The notes: generated by a model from the sequence alone, not told the origin. 64,000 nt of DNA from Deinococcota bacterium (GCA_041695225.1 JBGFRI010000030.1:1-64000); one strand, 5' to 3'. Shown: positions 16,362 through 27,219, counted from the stretch's first letter. Translations and numbers: made by a program.

Positions 16362-17792
16362 ATGAACGCCAGCCTCTTCACCCAGAATCCCCTGCTTTCC
16401 CAAACCGCCCTGAAGCAAGCCGACCTTGTTCGCACGGGTCAGGTTTCGGCTTTAGAGCTTGTTGAATCGAGTCTGGAGCAGGCCGAAGCCTGTAAGAGTC
16501 TCAATGCCATCTGCTTTCTGGACGCCGATGGGGCAGTGCAGGCGGCAAAAAACATCCAGCCCGGCGACCCGCGCCCCTTTGCCGGGGTGCCCATGCTGAT
16601 TAAAGAACTGACGCCGGTTGCGGGGCAGCCCTGGAGGTTTGGCTCGAGGCTTTTCCAGCACCACCGGGCCCCGACCGACGCCTACGCGGTTCGCCGCTTG
16701 CGCCAGGCGGGCTTTGTCCTGCTGGGCCAGACTACCTCGCCCGAGTTTGGCATCGTGCCCGTTACCGAGTCCAGCCTGCACGGCCCTACCCGCAACCCCT
16801 GGGATACCGAGCGCACCCCGGGTGGCTCCTCGGGTGGGGCGGCAGCAGCAGTGGCGGCAGGCGTCCTGCCGGTGGCTCATGCCAGCGACGGCGGCGGCTC
16901 GATTCGCATCCCGGCTGCTTGTTGCGGGCTGGTGGGCCTAAAACCCTCTCGGGGCCGCATCTCGGCCGGCCCTTTACTGGGTGACAACTTCCTTTCCACC
17001 CAGGGCGTGGTCAGCCGCAGTGTGGCCGACACTGCACACCTGCTGGACATCCTTATGGGTTACGAGCCCGGCGATTCAACCTGGGCGCCAAGCCCAGAGC
17101 GACCCTATGCCCAGGCCATTCAACAGCCCAGCAAGCCCTTACGGGTGGCGGTTCTGACCGCCTCGCCCACATCCGGGAGCGACCCCGAGCCAACCACCCT
17201 GGCCGCGGTGCACAAGGCAGCAGCCATGCTCGAGCAGCAAGGCCACCAGGTGGACTGGGCCATGCCGCCTGGCTGGGTTAGTCCCAGGCTGATCGAGCAG
17301 TTCACCACCCTGTGGGCAGCAGGAGTAGCTACCAACACCGTGTGGGGGGCTAGCCTGCAACGGCGCCTGCCGCAGCCGTCGGACGTTGAAGCCCTAACCT
17401 GGTACTTCACCGAGCTGGGCCAGGCCACCTCCGCCGTAACCTACCTCGCTGCGCTGGAATCGCTCAAGACCTACGCCCGCAGCCTGATTGGGTTTTTCCA
17501 GACCTACGACCTGCTGCTTACTCCGGTCCTGGCCGAGCGCCCCATTCCCATCGGCACCATCCAGACCACCTCGTCCGACCCGGCCCAGGCTTTCCGCCAG
17601 GCCGTGCAGTTTGTGCCTTTTACCGCGGTATGGAATGTTACCGGGCAGCCGGCCATCTCGCTACCCCTCTTTGTCGGCCCCGACGGCCTGCCGGTAGCGG
17701 TGCAGCTGGTGGCCGGGCCACTAGGTGAGGATCTGTTGCTGGCCGTGGCCCAGAGCCTCGAGACCGCCTACGGGTGGAACCAGCCTTTGTAG
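16362..17792 (+). CDS. Amidase signature family enzyme
   Basis: GVPMLIKE, TPGGSSGGAAAAVA, SDGGGSIRIPA; ATG at 16362 preferred. Confidence 0.92.
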   Translation: MNASLFTQNPLLSQTALKQADLVRTGQVSALELVESSLEQAEACKSLNAICFLDADGAVQAAKNIQPGDPRPFAGVPMLIKELTPVAGQPWRFGSRLFQHHRAPTDAYAVRRLRQAGFVLLGQTTSPEFGIVPVTESSLHGPTRNPWDTERTPGGSSGGAAAAVAAGVLPVAHASDGGGSIRIPAACCGLVGLKPSRGRISAGPLLGDNFLSTQGVVSRSVADTAHLLDILMGYEPGDSTWAPSPERPYAQAIQQPSKPLRVAVLTASPTSGSDPEPTTLAAVHKAAAMLEQQGHQVDWAMPPGWVSPRLIEQFTTLWAAGVATNTVWGASLQRRLPQPSDVEALTWYFTELGQATSAVTYLAALESLKTYARSLIGFFQTYDLLLTPVLAERPIPIGTIQTTSSDPAQAFRQAVQFVPFTAVWNVTGQPAISLPLFVGPDGLPVAVQLVAGPLGEDLLLAVAQSLETAYGWNQPL

Positions 17793-18093
17793 CCCAGGGC
17801 TGCGGCCAGCATCCGCTCAGGGCCGGGGTAGGGCATGCCGCCCAGCCTGAGCGCTTCCACCGTTGACCTAAACCAATCGCCCCTCCAGCAGAGGCTCGGA
17901 TCAAAAAGTCGCTTCAGCAAACTTGAGGCCATTGAGCCGTGTTTGACCCATTCCCATCGCGCGAGCCGCAACGCCTCGATACTGAGAATGTTGAAGGGCA
18001 AGGGTTTGCTTTCTCGAGCCTTGGGCAAGGTGTGCACAGTTTGGAGATTCGGATCCCGCCCTGAGCCTGGGCGAAGTGTCGCCAAGATGCGCG

Positions 18094-18435
18094 GCTCAGA
18101 ATGACAGAATGAGGTGTCATGTTGAGGGGTGCGGAGCACTCCGAAACATCCCCGGACTGCGCAAACCCCGCCCGACCATGCCGGTAAGGCGCTGCCCTGA
18201 GCCTTGCCCTGAGCTTGTCGAAGGGCTGTCGAAGGGTGACGGTCTGTTTACCTGAGCAGTGGACGAGGCTGATGCGGTGAGGGGATTCTTCGGGGGCAAA
18301 AGCGCCCCCTCAGAATGACAAATTGCGGTGTCATGCTGAGACGCGCGGGGCACTCCGAAATATCCCCTAGACCTGAGACCTGTGACCAAGTACTGCCTAT
18401 GCCCCGCCCGACCATACCAGCAAGGCGCAGCCCTG
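18094..18435. repeat. Stand-alone copy of the REP-like doublet array
   Basis: Close reverse complement of ~3385-3635, including the nested CCCTGAGCTTGTCGAAGGG unit. Confidence 0.9.
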
Positions 18436-18730
18436 AATCTGCCCAGGCTGGTCTGTCGTACACCACCAGGCGAAGGCAGAGTTCGTACTTCATAAGAGCA
18501 CTGGTAGCCAGTTCTGACCAGGCTGGAAACCTGGGCGCCAGCAACACAAAGAAGGTTTCCGACCAGTAGGCCCTCCGGTATATCCATGGTTGGTACGGCC
18601 TGGCGCACAAAGACACGCCGCCGGGTTTGGCGGCCTACATGCGAACTCCTCGACTTTGCTTCCGGCCGTGGGCGCTATCTACCAGCAGGCAAATCCTGTC
18701 TGGGCGAGAGTGTGGTTGTGGCAAGCGTTG

Positions 18731-19066
18731 CTAGCGGTTTTTTATCCAGTCCTGTGCTGCCCTGGCCAGTTCCTCAGCTTTGGTTTTGGCCTGCTCGGCG
18801 GCTTGCTGAGCCTGCTCGCCCAGGCTCCGGAGCTGGTCGGGGATGCCGTCGCCGTCTTTGTCCAGGTTAGCCTTGAGTTCATCGAACTTGGTTTTAGCTT
18901 GTTCGGCAGCTTGTTTGGCCTGGTTCATAATCCCCTCGAGCCTATCGGGTACGCCATCGGCGTCCTGATCGAGGTTGGCCTTAACTTCATTGAATTTGGC
19001 TTCGGCCTGCTTGAGCGCACTGTCCGCAGCCTCGCGGGCTTTGTGGGCAAGTTCTCTGAAATCCAT
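18731..19066 (-). CDS. Small helical repeat protein with two DxDxDG motifs (111 aa)
   Basis: GGAGG RBS then MDFRELAHK; repeated KF(N/D)E(V/L)KANLDxDxDG(V/I)PD. Confidence 0.75.
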   Translation of the reverse strand: MDFRELAHKAREAADSALKQAEAKFNEVKANLDQDADGVPDRLEGIMNQAKQAAEQAKTKFDELKANLDKDGDGIPDQLRSLGEQAQQAAEQAKTKAEELARAAQDWIKNR

Positions 19067-19157
19067 AATGCTACCTCCGCTTACCATCCTAGCACCCAGG
19101 CGTGGCGCGGGTATGAAGCCCAGGAATCCGGCTGCCGGGGCCTGCTTCTTCTCGATG

Positions 19158-19368
19158 TGGATCGTCCTGCTGGTGCACGGAGCTGGCATAAGGTCGAGGG
19201 TCGAGGGTTTAGGGTCGAGGGTCAAGGGTCGGGGGATCGTCCTAGTGACGCAAGGAGCCTGCTCAGTCCTGAAGGGGATCGTCCTACTGGTGCACGGAGC
19301 TTGCTCCGTCCCGAAGGGGATCGTCCTACTGGTGCACGGAGCTTGCTCCGTCCCGAAGGGGATCGTCC
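19158..19368. repeat. Tandem 42-bp repeat (two perfect plus degenerate copies) with GGTCGAG heptamers, overlapping the glpK 3' end
   Basis: GAAGGGGATCGTCCTACTGGTGCACGGAGCTTGCTCCGTCCC at 19271 and 19313; variants at ~19229, ~19158 and 19355. Confidence 0.85.
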
Positions 19369-20852
19369 CCCGCCCAGTTCCGGGCTCGCTCCACCGCCTT
19401 TTTCCAGCCCCGGTAGAGCCGCTGCCGCTCTTCTGCGGGCATGGCCGGCTCAAAGCGCTTCTGCGCAGCCCAGCGCCCGGCAATCTGCTCCTTGCTCAGC
19501 ACCCCTGCCCCTACCCCCGCCAGGTAAGCCGCTCCCAGCGCGGTGGTCTCGGTGACCTGAGGCCGCGCCACCGGAGTACCCAGGATGTCCGACTGTAACT
19601 GCATCAGCAGGTTGTTGATACTCGCACCCCCATCCACCCGCAGCTCGGAAAGTTGCAGCCCGGCGTCGGCCTCCATGGCCTCGAGCAGATCCCGGCTCTG
19701 GTAGGCAATGGCCTCGAGGGCGGCCCTGGCAATGTGGGCTGCGCTGGTGCCCCGGGTCAGGCCCACCATGGTCCCGCGGGCATAGGCATCCCAGTAAGGC
19801 GCACCCAAACCTACAAAAGCCGGAACCAGATACATCCCTTCGGTAGACCTGACTTTGCTGGCCAGGCTCTCCACCTCGCTCGAGTTTTGAATGATGCCCA
19901 GGCCATCCCGCAGCCACTGCACCACAGCACCGGCAACAAACACCGAGCCTTCCAGGGCATACTCGGCCTTCTCCCCCTCCAGTTGCCAGGCTATGGTGGT
20001 CAAAAGACCGTGCCGCGAGGTCACCTGCTCCTGGCCGGTGTTCATCAGCATGAAACAGCCGGTGCCATAGGTGTTTTTGGCCATACCGGGCCTAAAGCAG
20101 GCCTGCCCAAACAGCGCGGCCTGCTGGTCGCCCGCCACCCCAGCAATTGGTATGGCCGCCCCAAACAACTCGGGCACGGTTTTGCCATAGATGCTAGCCG
20201 AGGGCAGCACTTTGGGCAAAACTGCCCTGGGAATGCTCAGAACGCCCAGCAACTGCTCGTCCCAGCGCAGGGTATGCAGGCTCAATAGCAGAGTCCGCGA
20301 AGCGTTGGACACATCGGTAGCGTGCACCTGGCCGCCGGTCAGGTTGAAGATCAGCCAGCTATCCACCGTACCAAAGCACAGCTCACCCTTCCCGGCCCGC
20401 TCCCGCAGCCCTGGTACACTGTCCAGCAGCCACTTTATCTTGGTTCCGGAAAAGTAGGCGTCCAGCACCAGCCCGGTTTTCTGCCGAAATACGCCTTCGT
20501 AACCCCCTTTGTGCAAATCGTCGCAGATGGAGGCAGTGCGGCGGTCTTGCCAGACGATGGCCCGGTGCACCGGCCTGCCGGTAGCCCGTTCCCACAGCAC
20601 GGTGGTCTCGCGCTGGTTGGTAATACCAATGGCCACGATCTCGGCTGGCTGCACCCCGGCCTGCCGGATGGCCTCGCGGGCCACCTGGAGCTGTGACCGC
20701 CAGATCTCCATAGGATCGTGCTCGACCCAGCCCGGCTGGGGAAAGTGCTGCATAAACTCCTGCTGGGCCATGGCCTGGGGCTGGCCCTCCAGGTCAAACA
20801 CAATGGCCCGGCTGCTGGTGGTTCCCTGGTCGAGGGCAAGGATGTAGGGCAT
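19326..20852 (-). CDS. glpK: Glycerol kinase
   Basis: [43 protein letters not shown]. Confidence 0.97.
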   Translation of the reverse strand: MPYILALDQGTTSSRAIVFDLEGQPQAMAQQEFMQHFPQPGWVEHDPMEIWRSQLQVAREAIRQAGVQPAEIVAIGITNQRETTVLWERATGRPVHRAIVWQDRRTASICDDLHKGGYEGVFRQKTGLVLDAYFSGTKIKWLLDSVPGLRERAGKGELCFGTVDSWLIFNLTGGQVHATDVSNASRTLLLSLHTLRWDEQLLGVLSIPRAVLPKVLPSASIYGKTVPELFGAAIPIAGVAGDQQAALFGQACFRPGMAKNTYGTGCFMLMNTGQEQVTSRHGLLTTIAWQLEGEKAEYALEGSVFVAGAVVQWLRDGLGIIQNSSEVESLASKVRSTEGMYLVPAFVGLGAPYWDAYARGTMVGLTRGTSAAHIARAALEAIAYQSRDLLEAMEADAGLQLSELRVDGGASINNLLMQLQSDILGTPVARPQVTETTALGAAYLAGVGAGVLSKEQIAGRWAAQKRFEPAMPAEERQRLYRGWKKAVERARNWAGDDPLRDGASSVHQ

Positions 20853-21455
20853 GGATTCCTCCGTGCCCTAATTCTATCGTGATTATCGGTATTTTCTGCT
20901 TCCGACACCGGGCTAAGCTTTCCAGTGCTCTGTCGCCGCCACACCAAGCCCGGCTTACAGCCGGTAAACGCGCCTATCATAGCCCTTAGCGGCACGCACT
21001 GCTGCTTCACACAACATCACTGCAACTCGAGCCTCTCCTCAAAAAAGAGGGTTCGCGGTGAGTGCATGGGGGTGTGTTTACAAGTGGGCTGGGCCATTGC
21101 GATGGCTGTGCGTACCGCACCCTACAAACTAGGACTAGGACTGGAAACTATAGGCTGGCAGCAGGCGGAAAGGGGGTGTCCCGATAAAACTGTTTTCCAG
21201 CCCTGCTGGGCACTTTTTGCCAATGGGTTTTTCTGGGGGGGGGGGGGGGTGCAGTGGCCAAGAGTTTTGGCATGTTCAATTGAGAGCTAAAGGAACAAAT
21301 GAGGATATAAAATTGACACTGTTCGTTGTCCAAGACAGCGAAAACCGATCGCTACGTAAGGCCTGGCGTCTGCTCAACAACGCTCTCCCAAACCTCTGGC
21401 TGTGGCTGGCTTATTCCGAGGTTCCTAGGACCACCAACTCCCTTGAGGGCGGAAT

Positions 21456-21497
21456 GGAATAATCCCTCCAATCCTCGGCCACTCGATCCCCTAATCT
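21456..21497 (-). mobile_element. 42-bp insertion element, AT target duplication
   Basis: AT[GGAATAAT...CCTAATCT]AT; reverse complement aligns ungapped with the 53757 copy. Confidence 0.85.
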
Positions 21498-21511
21498 ATC
21501 AACGCCCCGAT

Positions 21512-21553
21512 GGAGTAGGCTCTTTCATTTCTGGTTATGCTGTTGTCCTGTCC
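21512..21553 (-). mobile_element. 42-bp insertion element (divergent copy), AT target duplication
   Basis: AT[GGAGTAGG...CCTGTCC]AT; removal restores GCC CCG ATC AAG CGC. Confidence 0.75.
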
Positions 21554-21673
21554 ATCAAGCGCCTTTTACACCGCCACTCTGGGCTTAACCCTTATCGTCA
21601 GAAACTCGCTATCGCCTGGTGGATATTCTTCCGAAATAACCCCTGAGAATATCCTCAATACTTCCTTTAACTC

Positions 21674-22726
21674 CTAAATAATAAACAATGCGTCGCCCAG
21701 GCTGTAGAAGCGGTACTGTTCCGCCACCGCAGTCCGGTAGGAATGCATCATCAGATCGTGCCCCATAAAGGCCGAGACCAGCATCAGCAGGGTGGACTTG
21801 GGCAGGTGAAAGTTGGTGATGAGTGCGTCCACTACGTTGTATTTGAACCCCGGGCGGATATAGAGCTGGGTCTCGCCCACACCTGCACTAATGGCTTTTG
21901 ATTCGGGGCTGTAGGCCGTCTCGAGCGTCCGCACCACGGTGGTCCCCACCGCAATCAGCCGCCGCCCCTGGTCTCTGGCGTGGTTGAGGGCCTGGGCGGT
22001 CTGGGCCGAGACCTCGTAGGGCTCCAGATGCATCAGGTGTTTGCCTGGGTCGTGGTGAACAGGCTTAAAGGTACCTGGCCCTACATGCAGGGTAACGTAG
22101 TGCATCTCGACCCCCAGGGCCCGAATTTTGTCCATCAGTTCTGGGGTAAAGTGTAGCCCTGCCGTAGGCGCCGCTACCGAGCCGGGGGTTTTAGCGTACA
22201 CCGTCTGGTAGCGCTCCGGGTCTACCGAGGCGTGAATATAGGGTGGCAAGGGGGTTTTTCCGATGTATTCCAGATGCTCCCATACATCCCCCGTAAAACG
22301 CAGCACCCGGATGCCATCTGCTCCCACTGCCTCCACCGTGGCCTCTAAGCCATCGGCAAAAGTTAGCCTGGACCCCACCCTGGCCCGCCTGGCCGGCCTC
22401 AGCATGGCCTCCCATACTTCCCCCGGCCCTGCCACAGGGCCGCCACCCTTAGCAAGGGAATAGGGGGGAAGTTCCCGTACTAGCAAAACCTCGAGGGGGG
22501 TTCCCTGGGGGTTGGTGGCAAAGGTGCGGGCTGGAATCACCTTACTCTGGTTGAGCACCATCACATCGCCAGGTCTAAGGTACTCGGTCAGCTCACGAAA
22601 AATCCGGTGTTCAATTAAGCCGGTTTTGCGGTCAATTACCATCAAGCGAGACGAATCGCGGGGCTCGGCGCCGCTCTGGGCGATGAGTTTCGGGGGAAGG
22701 TGGTAGTCGAAGTCCTCGAGGGTCAT
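21674..22726 (-). CDS. queA: S-adenosylmethionine:tRNA ribosyltransferase-isomerase
   Basis: DFDYHLP..LIAQ, PLPPYI, YQTVYA, AAPTAGLHFT, TNFHLPKSTL. Confidence 0.97.
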   Translation of the reverse strand: MTLEDFDYHLPPKLIAQSGAEPRDSSRLMVIDRKTGLIEHRIFRELTEYLRPGDVMVLNQSKVIPARTFATNPQGTPLEVLLVRELPPYSLAKGGGPVAGPGEVWEAMLRPARRARVGSRLTFADGLEATVEAVGADGIRVLRFTGDVWEHLEYIGKTPLPPYIHASVDPERYQTVYAKTPGSVAAPTAGLHFTPELMDKIRALGVEMHYVTLHVGPGTFKPVHHDPGKHLMHLEPYEVSAQTAQALNHARDQGRRLIAVGTTVVRTLETAYSPESKAISAGVGETQLYIRPGFKYNVVDALITNFHLPKSTLLMLVSAFMGHDLMMHSYRTAVAEQYRFYSLGDALFII

Positions 22727-22735
22727 GGCTTTTCC

Positions 22736-23314
22736 CTATTCACCGCGGGGCATCAAGGTCCGTTCCCGCTCTTTGTTGGGCACGAAAGCGTTTTCGATCT
22801 CGGGCAGGTGGATGAAGCGGTCTACGGCGTCAATTAGCCTTTGCGAGGTGGTTTCTTTGAAGGCAATCACCTCGACCCGAATGCCGCGCTCCATTAGCAC
22901 TTCCACAATCTCCACAAAGTCGCCGTCGCCGCTGCCCAGCACTACCACGTCCAGGGTGTGCATCAGGCGCACCATGTCGGCCGCGATGCCCATGTCCCAG
23001 TTGCCCTCGTAGATGGGCTTGCCCTCGTCGGTGGTCTCCTTGAGGGTCAGGTTCATCCGGCGCACCCGAAAGCCAATAGTGGAGAGTTTGTAAATAAAAG
23101 GCCAGGCCGAGGTGTCGTGCTCGCGCTCGACCACATAGGCCGTGGCCCGCACCAGCTGGCGGTTCCCAATGGCATAGCGCATCAGGCTTTCAAAGTTAAC
23201 GTTTTGCCCGTAGTAGTCGCGGGCCGAGTGGTAAAGGTTCTGCGTGTCTACAAACAGGCCCACGCGCTGATTGGGGCTCCAGCCGGGAACACGGCCAAAA
23301 GGGTCATTCATCAA
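22736..23314 (-). CDS. NYN domain (LabA/DUF88) protein
   Basis: FVDTQNLY, WDMGIAAD, SGDGDF. Confidence 0.9.
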   Translation of the reverse strand: MMNDPFGRVPGWSPNQRVGLFVDTQNLYHSARDYYGQNVNFESLMRYAIGNRQLVRATAYVVEREHDTSAWPFIYKLSTIGFRVRRMNLTLKETTDEGKPIYEGNWDMGIAADMVRLMHTLDVVVLGSGDGDFVEIVEVLMERGIRVEVIAFKETTSQRLIDAVDRFIHLPEIENAFVPNKERERTLMPRGE

Positions 23315-23589
23315 AGCTCCTTCTTAAAATCCTAGATATAAAAACGCGGGACATGCCCAGCTAATTGTATCAGACTACCCCAACGGCCATGGTAAAGCCA
23401 TCCAGGTGGCAGCGTCGGCCTGGTCTAAACTATGGCTGCAATCCCGCCGCCGGCCAGCCCCAAAAGCTCCTGTAGCAGCTATATTCGCACCAAGGGCTTT
23501 GGCCTGCTCCGGCCTGGGGGTATGACCTGGACTCGGCCGGATGTGCATCTGCAGGCAAGAAGATTGGATGGGCGTGTTACACTACCCCC

Positions 23590-25086
23590 ATGATAGCGTT
23601 ACGAGCGGTTCCTTTTGCCGTGGGAATCGCCCTATCTGCGTTTACGGCCTCGGCCCAGCTAGGCGCAGAGGGCTACTACGCCCAGTGCAGGGCCCTTTAC
23701 GAACAGGGTGTGCGGGATAGCGCAAGAGTGACCTGTCGGCTTGCGCTGGTAGTCGAACCCAACCACCTACCCAGCATCAAGCTGCTGGGCCGCATTTTTC
23801 TGGAAGAAAACAATCCTGCCGCCGCCCAGCCCTTCATTCAGCAGATGGTGCGGCTGGGCCCACAAGACCCCGAAGTGGCTTTGCTGGATGCGCATTTTAT
23901 GCTTCTGCAGGGTCGTCCGGCCGATGCTCTGGCCCGCCTGCCCCCTGGCCTGGACACCGAAGCCGTATTTTTGCGCGGCTATATCAAAGAAGCTCTGGGT
24001 CGTTATGAAGAGGCCTACGCGGCCTTTTTGCGGGTGACCGCTTTGGAACGGGCCCGTCTGGGCGCGGCGCGACTGGCCGAACGGCTTGGTCGTCCGCAAG
24101 AAGCCCTGGGTTTGCTGGGTAACAGCCCCCAGGAGGAGCTCGCCCGCGCGCGTCTTCTGTGGCTATCGGGTGACCCCCACGCCGCTGCAGCTACCCTCGA
24201 GGACGTTCTACCCCGCCTGGGGCCCCTGGAAGACGACTACACCCGCACCCTGGGTCTGCTGGCCATGGTCTACTACGGCCTGGGCGAGTTCGACAAGGGT
24301 TCACTGGTCTTGCGCCAGCTTTCCGCCCGGATGAGTCTGCCCAGCAACCTGCTAAGCAAGGTCTGGCCCTGGCTACTGGTCTTCTTGCTCTACCTGGGAC
24401 TAGTGCTATATGGCGAGAGCCGCATCGAACCCATGCGTACCGTCGAGATGGGCAGCGAGCGACGCTTTGGCCCTGGCTCCATCCACCTGTGGCTGATTCT
24501 GGCCATAGCGCTAGCAGGGCTGGCGGCAGTGGGCATTGGACAGCTTCTGTATCAGAATCTGTTAGCCCTGTTCACCCCAGTCCAGGGCCAGGTAGTGCGT
24601 CCAGTCTTCTACTTCCTGCTGGGAGTCTTTGCCCTGCTAATTGCTTACCACAGTTTTAGCCGGGAAGGCATGTTGAATGCTCTTGGGCCGCGCACAAGCT
24701 GGGTTGAAGGTATCTGGGCAGGGCCGGTCTTGCTGGCCTTGCTGGTCCTGTACTCCTATATCGCGGCGCCTCTGGGGCTGAGCGGGCTTGGCACCATGTA
24801 TCCGATCTTCTTCGGCCTGGCCTTTTTGGAAGTGGTGATTCGCGGTCTGGGTTATCCGGTCTTTAAAGAACGCTACAAAGAGCTGAGCGCTTTTATGATT
24901 CCGGCCCTTTTCGCCCTCGCGATTCCTGGCCCTACGGTGTTCTTCCTGATGGCTAGCCTCTTCCTGGGCTGGCTTTACCTGCGCACCGGGGGAGCCCTGG
25001 CCGGAGCGACTGCCTGGGTAACTGCCGGTTTGATTCTGGCGCTGGTTGCCGACCTACCCTTGACCCGCACTCTGCTGGGAGGTTGA
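23590..25086 (+). CDS. TPR-containing multi-pass membrane protein
   Basis: Signal peptide, TPR-like helical N-half, several hydrophobic TM segments in the C-half. Confidence 0.75.
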   Translation: MIALRAVPFAVGIALSAFTASAQLGAEGYYAQCRALYEQGVRDSARVTCRLALVVEPNHLPSIKLLGRIFLEENNPAAAQPFIQQMVRLGPQDPEVALLDAHFMLLQGRPADALARLPPGLDTEAVFLRGYIKEALGRYEEAYAAFLRVTALERARLGAARLAERLGRPQEALGLLGNSPQEELARARLLWLSGDPHAAAATLEDVLPRLGPLEDDYTRTLGLLAMVYYGLGEFDKGSLVLRQLSARMSLPSNLLSKVWPWLLVFLLYLGLVLYGESRIEPMRTVEMGSERRFGPGSIHLWLILAIALAGLAAVGIGQLLYQNLLALFTPVQGQVVRPVFYFLLGVFALLIAYHSFSREGMLNALGPRTSWVEGIWAGPVLLALLVLYSYIAAPLGLSGLGTMYPIFFGLAFLEVVIRGLGYPVFKERYKELSAFMIPALFALAIPGPTVFFLMASLFLGWLYLRTGGALAGATAWVTAGLILALVADLPLTRTLLGG

Positions 25087-25449
25087 GCTCAGCATGCAAC
25101 CAGAAACCATCGTTGCGTCGTTCCCCGTCCGCATCTAGGGTGTGCAGATACTCATTCTTTCTAACCCGCTCCTGTATCCAGAAAGCGGCAAAGACTCGGG
25201 CATCCCCCTGGGCATTTACCGCCACTTGGTTTGCCTCGCCGCCCTCTCAGACTACCCGCTCACACAGTCCGCACCTCGCAGCTAAAGAGCACGGGCGAAA
25301 AATCTTTCGGCTCTTCTGGCCCCGTGTTAGCGGCCGACGCAGCTCGCTATCGGTAAGCAGGCGCTAATGGCAGCAAAAGCCGAGCAACTAGCTCTTCCCA
25401 GGTATTTTGCCGCACCTGCGGCTGCGCCCGCTCTCGCATCCGCCACGCT

Positions 25450-25670
25450 ACCTGGTCATCCGCACCAGCTTCCGGCCCTCGCCCTTCCCCCACCCGGTGG
25501 CCTAGCACGACCTGAACACCAGCCAGGACTACCTGGAACTGATTGCCACCGAGCGCAACCCGGTCTACGAGCCGTCCCGGTCAAGCAGTCCCAGCGTAGC
25601 CGCCAGGTCCAGGGTGCTATCAACAGTTGCCCTTCCAGACGAAATCTCCCTAAACACCGAGCGCTGGGGA
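25450..25670 (+). pseudogene. dTDP-4-dehydrorhamnose reductase (rmlD-like) C-terminal stub, copy 1
   Basis: Fragments LVIRTSFRPSPF, TSQDYLE, IATER, LPDEISLNTERW in shifting frames; shares sequence with 27620-27850. Confidence 0.55.
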
Positions 25671-25813
25671 TTGCTGCGAGCCTGCCTGATGTGAAAGTCT
25701 GGAAGATAGCCACCATCAGCACCGCTTGGCTCGCGCAGGATCGGATCTTAACTCGCCACAGATACCGTCGCTCGACAGTTAGCGAGTCAGTTGCATGGGC
25801 TTGTTAGGCGCTT

Positions 25814-26014
25814 TCATGCGGTCTTTCGTTTCGCAATCAGTTCCCTAACGGCCGGAACCAGATCCGTAGGAACCTCCATAATGGTCTGGTCTGGCGCTTC
25901 AAATGCGGCTTCATCTTCTGCCACCGCTTCTTCTTCCGATTGGGACTCATAATAGGACAGCACCCGTTTGACACGCTCCTCGTCCCATCCTAGCGGGAAT
26001 TTACTCTGTTTCAC
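25814..26014 (-). CDS. Small acidic protein, probable antitoxin
   Basis: 66 aa, 4-bp overlap with the upstream toxin-like gene. Confidence 0.7.
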   Translation of the reverse strand: MKQSKFPLGWDEERVKRVLSYYESQSEEEAVAEDEAAFEAPDQTIMEVPTDLVPAVRELIAKRKTA

Positions 26015-26295
26015 TTCCTCTTCCTCCTTCTTCGACGCCGATAAGCTGTCAAAGGCTTGCCTTTAAGCTCATACGCTGTAATGACAAAAACACTGTTTGG
26101 TGCCGGGTCTGGTACGTAGATAACTCGCAAATACCGCCCAACGGAAGTTTGGCCAATTGCAGCCCTGGACCCTTCTTGACCGGGACGGTCCTCGCCCGGA
26201 CCTCGCAGCACTTCTTCGACTTCGGCTTCAGAGACATCATGGTGGTAAATATGCGGCAACTCCGTTTCAGGATCAATATAGAACCGTACATTCAC
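26011..26295 (-). CDS. BrnT/DUF4258-like (RelE-fold) toxin
   Basis: HDVSEAEVEEVL...IGQTSVGRYLRVIY...VFVITAY. Confidence 0.75.
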   Translation of the reverse strand: MNVRFYIDPETELPHIYHHDVSEAEVEEVLRGPGEDRPGQEGSRAAIGQTSVGRYLRVIYVPDPAPNSVFVITAYELKGKPLTAYRRRRRRKRK

Positions 26296-26419
26296 AATGT
26301 ATACCCATTATTTCGATTTAAGAGTATTTGGCTCTAACTCTATCACAACTTCGTTCGTCTTGCCACCCTCTCAGACTAACCGTGTGATAAAAAGACAGGG
26401 GACCAGCGCATCGGCAGAC

Positions 26420-26495
26420 CAGTTTGTGGGTCATGGAAAAGCTTGTATCAAAGGACCTCGTGTAATGGTAACAGTGATATTGGACAACTTGACCT
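26420..26495 (+). pseudogene. DUF433 stub
   Basis: HGKACIKGPRVMVTVILDNL resembles the DUF433 core; no start or C-terminus. Confidence 0.5.
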
Positions 26496-26589
26496 TTCAT
26501 TATTCTCCGGCCAATTTGAGAACCGCGGCGCGGGTATGGGGCGATACGCGGAAACGCAGCGCCTGGAGTTGGTCCAGCAGTGGGGAAAT

Positions 26590-26975
26590 CACGGAGATAA
26601 GCCCTGCTTTTTTGCATCAATAAGCAAGCCTAGTGGGCCTGTCAGGCGGAGGCCCAGGGTTTGAGCCACACGCTGGGCGAGGTCATCATCAAGCACAACC
26701 ACAGCCTCACGCATCTCCAATGCCAGCATAAGCACCCCGTCTCGCCCGGTCCCAAGTCGGTTACAAGAGGCGCGGCAAACTCGCTAACAGGGCGACGAAT
26801 TTCTACCCACTTTAATCCGGCTAAGTCTGGAAGGTTTACACCTAGGGCCTGACCTTCCGCAAGTTCCTTTACCACCGCTGGTGGAACTATTACACGCCCT
26901 GCCAGGGCAGGAAGGCAATAACTGCAGCTGATACAGATACTGGATGGGCGAGGTATTGCAGATCAGATCAGGCAA
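26590..26975 (-). pseudogene. DUF3368 PIN-like toxin, frameshifted
   Basis: ICNTSPIQYL / VKEL..DLGPGE / LDDDLAQRVAQTLGLRLTGPLGLL split over three frames. Confidence 0.75.
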
Positions 26976-27219
26976 GACGCGTTTCCTTCTGAAGCTGCTC
27001 CTCGGTCAGACGAAAGGTATCTATGCCATAATCGGCCAGCCGAGAAAGGAAGACCACCCTGGGCACCCCTGCTATCCGGGCTGCTGCACCAGAGGACAGC
27101 CGTCGTAACTCAAAGAGTTTGGCCGCGGCTGCCATGCATAAGGTCGAACCAGCCTCTTCCAAAGGCACCTTCAATGACAACAATGCCTCTTCGGGTATAT
27201 CCAAAACAATTCTTTGCAT
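26968..27219 (-). CDS. UPF0175-family antitoxin
   Basis: AAKLFELRRLSSGAAARIAGVPRVVFL; overlaps the DUF3368 start. Confidence 0.8.
   Translation of the reverse strand: MQRIVLDIPEEALLSLKVPLEEAGSTLCMAAAAKLFELRRLSSGAAARIAGVPRVVFLSRLADYGIDTFRLTEEQLQKETRLA

Larger units (their letters stand above)
21320..21646 (+). pseudogene. C-terminal transposase fragment (IS256/IS1249-like) interrupted by two 42-bp insertions
   Basis: After removing both inserts it reads ...LRKAWRLLNNALPNLWLW..VPRTTNSLEGGINAPIKRLLHRHSGL... Confidence 0.7.

Noticed and set aside
19271..19354. Link between the 42-bp glpK tandem unit and the 42-bp insertion family
   Set aside because: Same length only; no sequence similarity, RGA..TCY ends or AT duplication.
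21235..21249. G15 tract as a phase-variation switch
   Set aside because: It lies next to an IS relic with no intact gene to control; may be a homopolymer artefact.
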